Notes under the pieces: generated by a model
Seen by the model: only the letters and a program-made list of their open reading frames with translations
Told to the model about the DNA's origin: nothing
The model's database searches: none
Translations under genes and position numbers: made by a program
Shown: positions 12,840 through 26,900 of the stretch, in pieces
Layout of the letters: each line of letters begins with the position of its first letter
Position numbering within the stretch: position 1 is the stretch's first letter
NCBI RefSeq assembly: GCF_041956535.1
Contig: NW_027192197.1
Location: forward strand, 445,829 to 509,828
Reading direction: 5' to 3'
From: Calcarisporiella thermophila CBS 279.70
Lineage: Eukaryota > Fungi > Calcarisporiellomycota
Length of the DNA stretch: 64,000 bases

Positions 12840-15025
12840 TCATGAGGAGTACCACTCGAAATCGGTTCGCTTTTCCGAAGTAGTGCAGACCGACCGTCCC
12901 GCCAGTAGGCCAAAATTCCTTGGCCTCCTCCACAACCGTAATTCTTCCACATCTTGCATAATCACGTCGTTGTCTCGAGACCTGTCGGTCAGTCGCCACC
13001 ACCAGGGCTCGCGTGACATTGCGTCGCTAGGATCTATAAAATGCAGCGAAGTGACCGGATTAAGAGAGCGATTATCCTCATGGATGGTGTCTGGTGTGGG
13101 GCAAGGTTCAGAGGTTGATCTGACATGATCTGGGGTAAGAGTGAGGATTGGGTTGGGATCAGGAGTGGGACCAAGGGTATAGAGGCGAATAAAGCCGTCG
13201 TTTCCAGCTAGGAAATGAGTGGTGAAATTTAGATATGCCCAAATGCTCATAGAAAATTAAAGACAACAATAGAGCGTACCAGCAGCTAGACCCGTCCCCG
13301 TAGAGTCAACAGCAAAACCCAATCCTAAGGAGAGTTTATTTCGATGACCATTGAAGCTAAACAGGGGTGGCCGAGGGGGATGATTATTTCTCAAACACCG
13401 GGTATCAAACAGGTATAGCTAACAAGCAGGGAAAAGCGAGCGACTTTGTTAGTAAAACTTATCCAGTTTTGGATTGCCCGAACCATACTTACTGCGCCGT
13501 CCATTCCACTGCCGACGTACAGGTGATCTCCATCGACACTTTGAATCTCACATACTGAACTCGGATACCTTATGGCTAGTTGCCCACGCATTTTCTGACT
13601 CGCGCCGCTCTCATGGAGATCCCTATTAGGCTCCCGTACATCAAAAAGCATCACCCTACCATCACGACACCCTGCCAGTAGACTCCTTCCGCCCACGCCT
13701 GGGCAGAAACGCGCGACAAAGACGTCTGAGCCGGTCATGATGAATCGCTTTCGCCTCGTCGGGTCTGCTACCGTGGCGAGCACGACTTTTTTCGTGGCCC
13801 CTGCCGCAATGAGTTGATCGTGTACGTCGGATGACCACACCGAAGATTTGGGGATATTTAGCACCCACGATGCACTGTCCAGTGAAATTTCTTCACCCAG
13901 GCTGGTTCTGGTGGGGAACATCTCTATCCGAACTTGGCCCGGAAAATTGGCATTGCCGAAATTGGTGCTCCTATTGCATCAATGTTACATTCTTACGGTT
14001 TAGCTTTGATTCATGAAATGTGTATTGGATTAAACTAACACTATAGACCGTTCGGGACCGAAATTAAGTGAAGTTATCTAAGTAATATGCAAAATAAGCT
14101 TCATAGAAGGCGAGGGACAGGAGAATAAACAAAAATTCATTTCAAGCACCAACCTCGGTAGGCGAATTCCAAAGAAGTCGATTATGTGAAATAGCGAAAC
14201 TCTCAGGATTCAGATCAGGGGACGAGTAACCAAAACCGAAGCAGCTAAGTTTAGTCGTATATATGTTTGATTTCTAAGTAGTAATTTATCCTTGCATGAC
14301 CACTTACTGTAAGGAGCGGTTAGAGGAAGCATAGAAAATGTTATCTTTTGGCTCGACCTTTGTATAATAAGGGGCAATGTTAATATAAGATCATAGACAA
14401 TGCTGATATAGCTTTATCCTTACTAGAATATGTTTAACGGATTGAAAATTTTCCTTGATTGTCTTGCGAAGACAAAGCCCTTTCACAGTACATAATCGAG
14501 CATTACTATGAGCATGGAGGGGCAAAAGGTAAGGCTGTGTCGTGTAGTGGAAAAAGTAAACAATATTTACCCTTCATTTGCCCAAGATCGATACTGGTAC
14601 TCGATATTACGTCGCAAAAGGTATCTTATCCCGGAAAACTTTATATTCTGCGGCGAGATTGGCTCAGTTGGCTGCTCAATTTCCTCTTGCCGTTTCCGTT
14701 TAATGCTCTGTGAGCTGTATGGGTGGTTGCCCGAGCTGTTCGCCACGATTTTGAAGTAGCGATTTTTGGCTGCGTCATAATAGAAGCCTGGTATTTCCAT
14801 AGCTTGTGGAGCAGATGGTGTAGCTGTACTGGAGCTAGAAGGAGCCATAGAGGAGGCTACAGAAGGAAGCGCGGAATGTAAAGAGGATGCAAGAAAGGAA
14901 TGAGAGGGCGAGTGGCGTTGCGAGGAGGAAGTATTGTCGTGATGGTGATTTACATTTCTTCTCTGGAATGGGTGGTGAACTCTAGCACGAATTCTCTTTT
15001 TGTGATGCTCATGCTTAATGCTCAT
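12840..15025 (-). CDS. WD40-repeat protein, DCAF4/WDR21-like CRL4 substrate receptor (start codon uncertain: 15025, 14848 or 14800)
   Basis: N-terminal EIPGFYYDAAKNRYFKI motif typical of DCAF4/WDR21, plus WD repeats LLAGCRDGRVMLFDVR, GSGMDG and AGNDGFIRLY. Confidence 0.8.
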
Positions 15026-15337
15026 TATCCGGATGTCACAATAGGTATTCAAGTATGCCACCTGTGACTCTTATTTGCTCTCCCTAAAGTGTCCTTTAAG
15101 TTGTTCGGAGTATAGTTTGATCATTATTCTTACTATAATCCTTTCTATATTTGCCTTCTATATTTGCCTTCGTGTCTTATGTCTAATAATGGAATAACAA
15201 ATGACCAAACGCTAGCTAATTTCTCTCTTTTTACTTCATTGCCTTTGCATTGCGCAGTGCTTTTGCATACATGAGTTGATTTGACCATAGCTCTCTTAAT
15301 TTCTTCTGTCAACCTGGTTTAATTGTTTATTGCCACG

Positions 15338-17034
15338 ATGAAACAAAGAAATGCTTCTATACAAGCATCACGGCTATTCTGGTCAATTGTATTCCCACGC
15401 TTGCCTCTCCTAGTTTCCACAGCTCTCCTACATGCACTTTCAGGTAAATTGCATAAAATTAGTTTGTTACGTACTCCATTTACTTACTTCATTATAGGCC
15501 CTCCATCTCCGGGTTTGGATCTAAGATTTCATATATGCCTGAAATTGGCCCGAGACTTTATCTCCAACTGCAAAAGTATGACTGTCGAGGCCACTCAATC
15601 CCACACCATTCATCCGCTTCCTGGTCCACTCAACTATACGACCGCACCGATCTCTATACCAGCCTCATATCGCGCGCAAGCTGTCCCCTACCTTGAGAAA
15701 TTGCTCCGTGGGCACGAAAATATAATAGAATGGGACTGGAAAGACGAGCATTGGCAAAACTCTTGTGACCCCTTGAGTGGAGAATGGATATACCGCAAGC
15801 ACCAGCCTATGGCTCCCAGCTCCGAGCGTGACATTTCGCATACGGCCGACCCAACCTCGAGCAACTCTAACACAAAATTCTCATTAAATGCATCCTTCAG
15901 CCGAAAGCTATTCTCAACAGGCACACAGAGTGGGATGAGCCTCCAGAGGGTGGTGTATTATTTGCATGGGGGCGCGTATTACCTTGGTTCAACTTACACT
16001 CATCGTCGCTTGATGGGAAAGATCGCAAAGCGATCTGCTGCAAGAGTGTTTGCGATCAACTACAGACTTGCACCACAGCATCCTTTTCCTGCTGCGCTGC
16101 ATGACGCACTAGCCGGCTACTTGTATTTAATATCACCTCCAGAGGACCTAGGACTCAAGCCGATTGACCCCAAGAATATACTCATCATGGGTGATTCCGC
16201 CGGAGGTGGATTGACCTTTGCACTCCTCCTTACTCTGCGGGACAGTGGGTTACCATTGCCTGCCGGCGCTGCTTGTATGTCTCCCTGGTAATAGAGTTTA
16301 TCTCCTTGCTTCTTTTAATGGTACTTATTCTCAAGCTCTTTTTTTTTTTATTTTAAAGGGTGGATCTTTCGCATAGCTTTCCCTCAATAATGGAGAATGC
16401 TAGCACAGATTACGTACCATCTAATGGATTTGTTCACCTTATGTCACCTGCTCAAGATTACACTCAGCTACCCAAGCCCGCTTCGACGTCAGAGGTACCA
16501 AATGACACTTTGAATGGTAATTTGCATACCAAAACCGAACAGTTGAGGAAGCTTCGCCGCCTTCACTTCTATGCGCCCAACACCGCCTTGCAGTTCCCTC
16601 TCGTCAGCCCAGTGTATGCCACAGACTTGGGAGGGTTACCCCCTTTGCTAATACAGGTGGGAAATGGAGAAATGCTACGTGATGAGGGGCGGTTTATTGC
16701 GCATAAAGCATCCAGCAAACTTGGAGAGCGAGAGGCAACCTCGGTCACGCTGCAGGTGTTCGACGGAATGCCTCATGTATTCCAGCTTTTTACTTTCCTA
16801 CCCACGTCTCGCATAGCATTTACTCAGCTGGGGGAATTTGTCCAAAGAGTTACCGCTCCTCACCCTCGCATTCCTCCCGAGACTATTAAGCGGATGCGGG
16901 TTAATATGCGTGGAGAGATCAAGGAAGAAACGGAGCCTCCTGTGGACGTGAGAAGTTGGGAGAAAAGATTCTTGGAGCAGGATATGCTACACCGATTAAA
17001 AGAGTTTTTCGTCCATGACCACATAATAATTTAA
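15338..17034 (+). CDS. Hormone-sensitive-lipase family alpha/beta hydrolase (esterase)
   Basis: YLHGGAY oxyanion motif, INYRLAPQHPFPAALHD, GDSAGG nucleophile, SPW-DL, GEMLRDE and GMPHVFQ. Confidence 0.93.
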
Positions 17035-17658
17035 CTATTTATTCTAATTTCAAAGGTAATTCATTTTCCATGTGTATGGGTTTTTTCATGTAGATACTTT
17101 TGACGACTTTTCACAATCTTCATTTATGTAATTATCTTGATTATCCCTTGATTGAAGATTTCCACAACCGCGAGTCTCTTGAGGGATAGCAGGATCGGTA
17201 ATAGGTATCTTAATTTTCCCTATAATGCAATTTAGTTAGAATAGAAAAAGAAAGTCCCTGTGCTTAAATACTTTCAATTTATCGTTTTCTCCACGGCTTC
17301 TGCATTATATTTTGAAAACTCCTGCTCAAATTTACAAATGCTAAGTTTAATAAAGGATGATAAATATCAAATCAATCCATATTGACCTAACCAAAATACT
17401 ATTAAAGTAATTGATACACAGTGTATCAATTGCTTTAATAGTATTTTGTGTGGTTAGCGCATAAAGCTAAACCGCGAGTTATGCATATAAAATGACCTCG
17501 GATATAATCTCCTGGCGAATGCGAGTTTTACATTTCGATTTTCCGAACTAGTATCTCGGATATTAAAGTTTAACGAGTTGGATAAAATGCAAAGGATAAA
17601 ATGAACTCGATTAATTCTATTCAAATTCTTTTTCATATAATACTACTCCATCGCCAAT

Positions 17659-18482
17659 ATGCCACGTATTTTCATTGTGTATTACTCATTGTATGGCCAC
17701 GTCCGCCAGTTGGCCGAATCTATGATGAAGGGTGTTAGTGCGGTTCCAGGAGTTGCAGTCGAAATGTTCCAGGTTCCCGAGACGCTTCCCCAAGAAGGTA
17801 CGTCAGAACAGATTGCCGTAGCTTGAGCGTCAGAAAAGTGTACTAAAGTCAAGACCCTTATCCTATACAGTTCTGCAAAAAATGAGTGCGCCACCCAAGT
17901 CCAGCGACCCCGTTATCACCCCCGAAAAGCTAACGGAGGCCGATGGGATTCTCTTTGGGATCCCTACACGATACGGCAGTAAATCTGCTCAATGGCAAAC
18001 GTTTATTGATGCCACAGGAAAACTTTGGATGTCAGGAGGTTTAGACCGCAAGGTTGATATCCCAGCTTTCCACCCCTCTTTGTATGCACGTTAATTTAAT
18101 TTTTTGGACTCTATTTGGTAGTTTGCTGGCACCTTCTTTTCTACTAGCTCCCAACATGGTGGCCAGGAAACCACTGCCCTGACATTTCTAACTACACTTG
18201 CTCATCATGGTATGATATATGTCCCATTGGGATATAAGGATGCACCTGGCCTCCTATCTATGGATGAAGTTGCAGGAGGATCTCCCTACGGGGCGGGGAC
18301 CATGACTAAGGCGGATGGAAGCAGGTAAGAGAGTGGCAATTCTTTGAGAGAACCCTGTCAACCCCAATTAACACGTCTTATCTTTAAGAATGCCCACAAA
18401 GCTAGAGTTGGAGGTAGCTCGTGCCCAGGGACAACGGTTTGCTGAGATCGTGTCTCAATATATAAGGGGTGCAAGTCTGTAA
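17659..18482 (+). CDS. Flavodoxin-like NAD(P)H:quinone oxidoreductase (WrbA/Pst2/Ycp4 family), 4 exons
   Basis: [56 protein letters not shown] and DGSRMP. Confidence 0.95.
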
Positions 18483-18766
18483 CCTACTGACACCTTGAAA
18501 AATTCAACGCATATTCTTAAAGTGCCTAAAAAGAATAATAAATCTCAAATTCGACTTGCAACAGTGACAAGTGTTGCAAGCTCTAATCTGCTTCGACTCA
18601 CAAGGGCTACAGTGGCAAGAGGGGAGAAAGCTCAAAGAATAGAGCAAAAAATAAGGAAAATCTTTTGATGAAATTGACATACCTGAACCAAACGATAAAA
18701 CAACCTTCGAAATGGCAGTCACATACACTTTTCTGAACACTACTCTAGGTGCTGATTTTATAAGCA

Positions 18767-20015
18767 ATGCCCTCAGTTGATCCACCAGCTCCCACCCCTA
18801 TTAATTCAGGGACTTTTCCTTTATTGACTCGGGAAGATGTACTGAATTGTTCCTTTTCTTCCTGGTATGGGAAATTCCGTCGCATCACTATTAAATCAAA
18901 GATCATTCCTCTCCCTGAGGATTTTGTTGAATATCTAAATGCAGATGGTGTCTTTGTCCCACAAGACAAGTTAGTCTTCAAAATTTTAGTTTAGAAAATC
19001 TTCATGCAGTTTATTCACTCTTGTCTCATTCTATTTCAGCACCATGGTCTCTTCCCTGAGCGATGATGAGGAGATTGATAATGTCGAATCAATAGCTGAC
19101 GAGTCTGACGACGAAAAGAGCAAAAGAAACATTCCTCCGTCCTTCCCTGCCATCGAATCTCAAATTCGAGAAGCAATAGAAGAATTCGAGGGTGCAGTGT
19201 TTCCTAAACTTAACTGGAGTTCACCACGAGATGCTTACTGGATTTCTTCAACGGGATCTCTTAAATGCTCCTCGCCAACCGATGTATTCTTGCTGCTGAA
19301 AGCTTCGGATTTTATCGCCCATGATTTGTCCCACGCATTTGAGCGATGCCATAATCAAAGCAACAACGAGGAGTCGCGTCCACCGGTATTTGAACTAGTG
19401 CTAAGGAAGTGGTACGATTTGCCTCCAAGTATGGAGTTTCGCTGTTTTATCAGAGATGGAAAGCTAATTGGTAAGCATCAACGCCCTAGAGAGTATCTAG
19501 TACGAAGCGCTCATGATTGAATTTTTAAAGCCATCTCTCAACGTGATATGAGCTATTATCCATTTCTTGAAGAAATGAGGGATGAATTGCGTCAAAAAAT
19601 AGTCGATTTTTATGAGTGTAGTATCCAAGGTTTATTCCCTAGTCAACACTGTAGGTCAAACAATTTCTTGCTAGTTTTTATAAGACTTAATATTTTTCGT
19701 TCGCTTCTAGTCGTCCTCGACGTGTACATGACCCGAAACCGCGACAAATTGTTCATCATTGATTTTAATCCTTTTTCACTTTCAACCGATAGTTTACTCT
19801 TTTCCTGGCAAGACATCATTTCTCTGCCAAATGCTACTGCCCCTGAAATACGCTTTATCGCATCGCACGCGGAGGCGAATGCGGCTAGATGTGCAGCGGC
19901 ACCCTTCTCGCACAATCGATATCCAAGCGATATTGTGGAACTCTCTGATGGTGAGAGCATTGCAGATTTTGCTCGGCGATTTCATCAAGAAATGAGGAAT
20001 GTGCGTGAGACTTAG
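18767..20015 (+). CDS. CDC123: Cdc123/D123 ATP-grasp eIF2 assembly factor
   Basis: CSFSSWY, IIPLPEDFVEYLNADG, VFPKLNWSSPRDA, LLKASDFIAHDL, MEFRCFI, ISQRD and IIDFNPF. Confidence 0.95.
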
Positions 20016-20145
20016 TTCATTTTAACCTATTCTGCTCTTCACCCTTAAAAATACAAAATAAATAAATAGAGTTCAGGTATTATAAATAGAAATTTGTCTT
20101 TGGAACATTGTCCTCTATCGTAAATCGTCAAGAAAGAAAATATGG

Positions 20146-22070
20146 TTAAAATTCTCTTCTGCCTTCTAACCAAGTTTTAAACATGTACAAAGACACTTCA
20201 GGTTGATAGTAGGGCACTTCGTGACCAGCCATATAGATCGTCGTGAAAACGAAGTTTTTGCTCCTCTTTTGTCGCCCAGCAGGCCTACCCATATAGTTCC
20301 ACTCTTTGAGTGTCTGGTTTGCAAATGTATCACGGCCACTCCACGGGAGGGCATTCGCGTATGCGAGATTACCATACCAATTGCAAATGTAATCTAGAAA
20401 AAACCGAATGTAAACACCTTGTCTTTACAATCTCCATGTAGAGGTGGCATATTACCGAGATCACCTTCATAAAGTAGCACGGGTACATCATGTTCAAGCA
20501 ACCATGCGACATGCTGCTGAGACGGGAAACCGTTGTCTCCCGCTTCGAAAAACCTATAGCTCACTTCGTCATCACAATCGGTAAAGTTCATATTCAGTGG
20601 AATCCCCAATGCACTCTTGATCTCAGGTCTACGCAGGAATTGAATATAATCCTCATTTATCTTGTCAGTATCCTTGGTGAGGATATTGTAGTAATTAATG
20701 TGAGCGTCTTCTAGCGGCAAGAGGGTGATATTTGAACAGAGGTCATACGCGTAAGAACACGCTTTATCGTTATTATTGCTATTGTAGCACACTTGCACTA
20801 ACAAAATTGCCTGTACTTAATAAATATCCATAGGATGAGCACGGAGTGTGATGTCTTACCTGCTGGCTTGCATCTTGAGTGATATTGCTGATTCATTTTC
20901 TCGCATGTTTTCTGATCAAAAAGGCGCTTGTCTTTTGAAAATTGCACAATTTTAATTGCAAGAAGGATTTGAATAACCATAAAAACTTACAATTGTTGTA
21001 GCAACCAAAATCAGCATAGTGCCCGCTGTAAAAACATATAGACTATTAGAAGGAGTGCTCTACCTAACCGCTGATAAAACTAGAAACCTACAACTGTATT
21101 AAGGGGCTATAGCATAATATTAGGGACTATACTTTCTAAATCGTTAATAGAAATATCTTTTACTCTGTCCATCCATTGCCAATGCCAATACTTTGCAGAT
21201 TGATCACGAGTTGCCCCGAGCCAACTTTCTTATTGTTTTCTACAATATGGCGTGAGAGCGTGGGAATATACTTACCTAAATAAATAGCATAAAATTGTGA
21301 AAATGTCACTCTTTCTCACAACCAATGCTTCTCAAGAAACTGAGGGCAAATATCGAAATATAAGAGGAAATCATTGCTTACCAGCATAGGATTCCCCGAA
21401 GATAAAGAATGGTAATTCTCCATACTTGCGAAAATTAGAAAGCCAGATTTGAAGAAATTTATACATATCCTGACTTGCTAGTTCAGTAGTGTCATCGACC
21501 ATGTTTCCGAAGCTGAAGCCAGCGCCTGCAGGCTGTAGTGAAAAGTGGAGCTCCATTATTCAGTAGTGCTAACAAACCATAGGATCACTTACTTGGTCGA
21601 GATAAAGCATATTTGAGACCTCGTTCCAGGATGCTTTTCGATGGATTTGTTTTGTTTTCGTAGCTGTGCAAGGGCCATTCTCTTGAAAGAGTCCGATCAT
21701 AGAGGAACATCCTGGCCCTCCGTTAAGCCAGAGGGTCAATGGAGCCTTGTCAGGATTTTTTCGTGCCTCGAAAAACCAAAAAAACAGGTGCTTATTATCG
21801 GGTGTGTGAACTAGAATCATCCGCATATTTCAACTGTTAATTCAACAACTTCTGATGGGACAAGTCACGCTTATTATGCATACAGTATCCAGAGTATTGC
21901 TTGACATTGTCGCACAGCTTGGGCTCTTTAAACGTAATACTATAGCGTTTATAATTGGGTACACTTAATTTTCTTATATTTCCTTCGAACACTTCCACCT
22001 CAACTGGATGAGCAGTCACGTTCACAATAAGTATTATCAGTATTATCAAAGCAGTGGGAGTGAGGTTCAT
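20146..22070 (-). CDS. Secreted/vacuolar serine carboxypeptidase, family S10, multi-exon
   Basis: Hydrophobic signal peptide, [30 protein letters not shown] (Ser), GDLDYICN (Asp) and AGHEVP (His). Confidence 0.93.
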
Positions 22071-23923
22071 TATAAGCAGATTATATATGTAAAAGTGTAA
22101 GTGGTTTGAAGAATTAACGTGAAAACATAGTGGAAACTAATGATTGAAACGCTCAGTCCTCAAATTATCGGCAAGACCCCTCCGCGGGGTATCAAATTAT
22201 CGCATTTACTTATATCCCTGCAATTTCGAGGTAATTTTTGGGCGATTTAATCCCTGGTATTCATAGATTTTGGGAGATCGATAGAAATGAATCAAAAACC
22301 TAAAGCCTAGTGCGTAATTGATAGCGTAATATTATCGGTTTAACAGGCCAAAAGCATATCCAGGGATTAGCGAGAATGTATTGTCGAATCGAAAGAGCGT
22401 AGTTCATTTATTGAAAACAGTATCCAAGTGTTAAGTATATATATCTATTGGTTTATTTTTTTCACGGATGTTTCGTTAATTTTATTTATAGGTAGCGACG
22501 AGGGCTTCCAAAAGCTATCTTGGCCACAAGATACCGGATACACGGGATATATGAATACAAATAACGCAGTAATGCAAACAAAAATAATTGAAAAATCAAC
22601 AGATAAATATTAGAGTGATGTCAAAACTCATCCCCCTCGTGTGCGAAGTAATGTGTGTAGACGATAACTATAGAAAGCTATGCTAAGTATAAAAATAATG
22701 CATAGTATGCCAGCAGCAATTTCTTACTAGTAGAATACACAATCAGTCCTCCCAAGGCACTCATTATCACTGCAGGTACACTCAGCTAGGTATAAATTGT
22801 ATCTTAGTCATTTAATAGGCTACGCAAAAAACAAAGTGAACACAAACTATTTCAGCGTGAGATAGTACAAATGGGAGACCTAGAAGGAAATAAAATTAGC
22901 CTAAACCTGAATATTCGCATGCCATTATTATAAACTTCTTACCGAGTCCAGAGAGTATTAACATTCCGGTTAGGAAGTAACCCAAATCTAGAACACCGCT
23001 ATATTGTACGAAGGTAAAATTAACATCCGAATGCTACTTTCACAAGAAAATCCTCTACCTGCTGTAGCTATCATCGGACAAATCGTCGTTGTTTGCGTAT
23101 CTTTTACATATTGCGTTTGGAAGCGGTGCAAGAAGATAAGTGGCAACTAGACTCTCCAAGTGTTAAGTAAATCTATCATAATTATATGAGGAAATATAGA
23201 TAGCACTCACCCACTAAGAGTGGTAACCAGCTCCTATGAAACAGGTAATATAATATTAAAAATAGGCTCTAATGTTCAACAAGTTTCATAGGTTACTTGT
23301 AGAGAGCACAAGAGAGGAATACCAGTAGGAAACCACAAGCAAGAATAAAAGCAAGGGCAATTATCCTATTGAAATTGAGATATTATAATGAGCCATCACT
23401 AACAAACTAAGATGTCTACAAATTTCTATAGCAAGAATATCAACAAATATAGTAATGAATTGTATAACTTACGCTAAATAATTATTGAAAAAAGATATAA
23501 AAGGATTATTTAAAATTGTGAAATCATGCCTGAAAAATTTGGATAGATCATCGAGGAAGACATAACCATAGATGGTTGAAAATGAAAAACAACTCACTTC
23601 TTAGACCAGCCATGCTGATATGTAATCACTTCTATAAAACCGATGTCAAGATTACTCCACCACGAATATTGACGTCGTCCCTATAAGGTTCATATTTGTA
23701 AGGGAAAGTCACAAAAACACCAATTTAGGCAAAAGTCAACTTGTATCAATACTCTTATTTTTACTACTTATATACTTCCAATTGATCTTCTTTCCATCTT
23801 TCAATTTTCTCATACACTTCTTCTTTTCTACGTTTAATCAATTCACTCTATTATCTTAATTTTATCACCAATTCGATCTAAATATTTATTTTTGTGTTTC
23901 TCGGTATCATATTTTCCTCGCAA

Positions 23924-26900
23924 ATGTCACTTGACGGAACATCACAATCATCGTTTCAGAGTAAACATGCTGCCGGCATACCAACTAATAATGCATCTAA
24001 AAAATTAAAAAAATATCCTGTTAATGAACCTCTCCAAAAGGATGAACTTAACAGCCGCAATGATCATAGTGCGAATAAGACATTCAAGTCAAGAGATCAA
24101 TCGCGGACTGCTAATTATGCCGACGATCAAAGTCTTAATCTAACCAGCAGCACCGGTCGTGACAAAGGGAAATCTCGGCGACGCAATCGTCAGAAATCTA
24201 ACGGTAGACAAATAAACGGATCCATGCAGGTCAATGGACAGGATTCAAGGGACAATATTCCAACAGAGGAATCTGTAAATGGACATACTGGTAGAGTATT
24301 GCCCAAGACAAATTCGAGGACACCACAGACGAATCAGAGGATAAGCCGGAAACGTGACAGGCCAATGGTAAAATTATCAGAGTCGTTAACCGATCCACAA
24401 ACTTCAAAGAATGAGGAGGACACAAGTTTTTCAATAACGCAAGACACAGAAACTAGCCAAGCACCAGTCGAAAAGAAGGCACCAAGAGTTCGTGCTCGTC
24501 GATGGGGTGGTGCCAAGTTAGATCCAGCGGAGATCAAAGACTTGCAAACTTCTCTTACTCACGAACTCTCTTCTTCAAAATACGAATGTATGGTGTGCTG
24601 GGATGTTATCCGGCCAAGACACCAAACCTGGAGTTGCAATACTTGCTGGGCAGTATTCCATGTCAACTGTATTAATAAATGGGCGAAGCGTAGTCTCGAA
24701 GGTAATTTTTAAAATTCTTTGAGACGATCATATATAAGTCGATATTAATTATCTTTAATTTTCTTATAGAGACCGCCGGAACATCGACAGGTTGGCGATG
24801 CCCGGGTTGTCAGACAGCTCGTACATCAGTACCAAAAGGCTATTTCTGCTTTTGTGGTAAACAACGTAATCCAGAGCTTAATCGCTACATTACTCCCCAT
24901 TCCTGTGGCCAACTCTGCGGGCGAAATCGTAACTGTCCACACGAGTGTGTTCTTCCATGTCACCCAGGACCATGTCCACCATGCACGGCGATGGCTCCCC
25001 CTGTTGTTTGCTACTGTGGAAAAGAAACGTAAGGGGTTCTTTTTTGTATTTAAAATGGGCTCTTTGTATAATTTCATTTATATTTTTCAGGTTTAATCTT
25101 CGCTGCGTTGACACAGACTATTCAACTGGTAAATCTTGCGATCAAGTATGCGGAGAGATGCTTGGCTGTGAAAAGCATTACTGTGCACAAAAATGCCATC
25201 CTGGACTCTGTCCCCCTTGTAAAATTCAAGAAACACAGTCGTGTTATTGTGGATCGCATACTCGACAGGCTCTCTGCGGTTCAGGAGATCCTTCGCTCTC
25301 GTTCATTGCTATATCAGATGCTATTTCGGAAAACGGGATGGAGAACCCAGATAATAGAGTATTTGTCTCAGTTAAGGAGGTATTCGGACATTTTTCCTGT
25401 CAAGAGCAATGTGGCCAATTATTTGCGTGCGGCCAACATCGCTGCAAGAAAAAATGCCACCCGATTGAGAGTCCTGTTCCCAAGGAATGCCCATTTTCCC
25501 CAGAGCTCGTAAGGACTTGTCCTTGCGGAAAAGCCTCAGTCACCTCACTATTGCCACGGCCACGCGAAGCATGTACTGATGAAATCCCATTATGTGGATC
25601 AACATGTGATAAAATACTTACATGCGGTCATCCATGCGCAGAACAGTGCCACTACGGAGAATGTCCCCCCTGTAAACGTACGGTACAGGTCCCCTGTCGC
25701 TGTGGCGCAACCCAGTTTGAGCGACTGTGCTGTGAGATTGATACATCTCAAGGCGGGGAGGCTCCCTTCTGCGATAAAGTGTGTCGTAAACTGAAAAACT
25801 GCGGTCGCCATCAATGTGGACAAAAGTGCTGCGCCACAAATTCAGTTAATTCTATTGCTGGAATTCCTATTGATCTGGGAGTCGTGGAGGAGGACGCCCA
25901 TACATGTAAATTGATATGTGGCAAACGTCTGAAGTGCAAAGTTCATACTTGTTCACTGCTTTGTCACAAAGGACATTGTCCTCCATGTTTAAGTAAGTCT
26001 TACATCGCATCATTTGGTAATGATGTATAAACTCACTTATCTCTTGTTGGTTTATGCAACTAGATGCGAACTTTGACGAACTTTCATGCCATTGCGGCCG
26101 AACCAGGTTGTTGCCGCCAATTCCTTGTGGTACAAAGCTTCCCAACTGCCCTTATCCGTGCCAGCGCCCTCCCACTTGTAACCATCCCCGGCTTTTGTCA
26201 CATTCTTGCCATAGTGACGATGAGCCCTGCCCACCCTGCGTATATTTGGTTAAACGACGCTGTCTCTGTGGACGTACGGAAGTTCCGAATATACATTGTC
26301 ATAAAGGAATGCCGAGCTGTGGTAGAGTGTGCGGCAAACTTCTTCCCTGTGGTGGGCACACCTGTCAAAGGGTGTGCCATGCTGGAGATTGTCAGCGTGA
26401 AGACGTTGATGTAATATGTGCGCAAACATGTGGGAAACCCCAACCTTTGTGTGGGCATCCATGTACCGAAGCTTGCCATGCCCCTGCTCCTTGCCCTGAA
26501 GCAACTCCGTGTCAGACTAAAGTGCTGGCGATTTGTCAGTGTGGACGCCTAAAGAAGGAAGTCAAATGTGGAGCCTATGCTGGTGTAAAACCTGCAAATA
26601 CGCAACCGCTCCCTTGCGATGATTCGTGTATGCTTGCTGAGCGCAATAAACGCCTGGCAATGGCATTGGAGATCGATGAAAACAAACGCTCGACGGACCC
26701 GGCGAGTGGCGGCTGGGGTCTAGGTGCACCGGAGTACGAAGAATTGCTTGTTTCGACCTGTCGCTCCAATTTAGAATGGGTCAAACGCATTGAAAATATG
26801 CTAGCCGACTTTTTATTGCATCAGCCCCAAAAGCCAGTGTTAAATCTGCCTCCCATGAAAGGGCCACAGCGCAAGTTCATCCACGAGCTTTGTGCCCATT

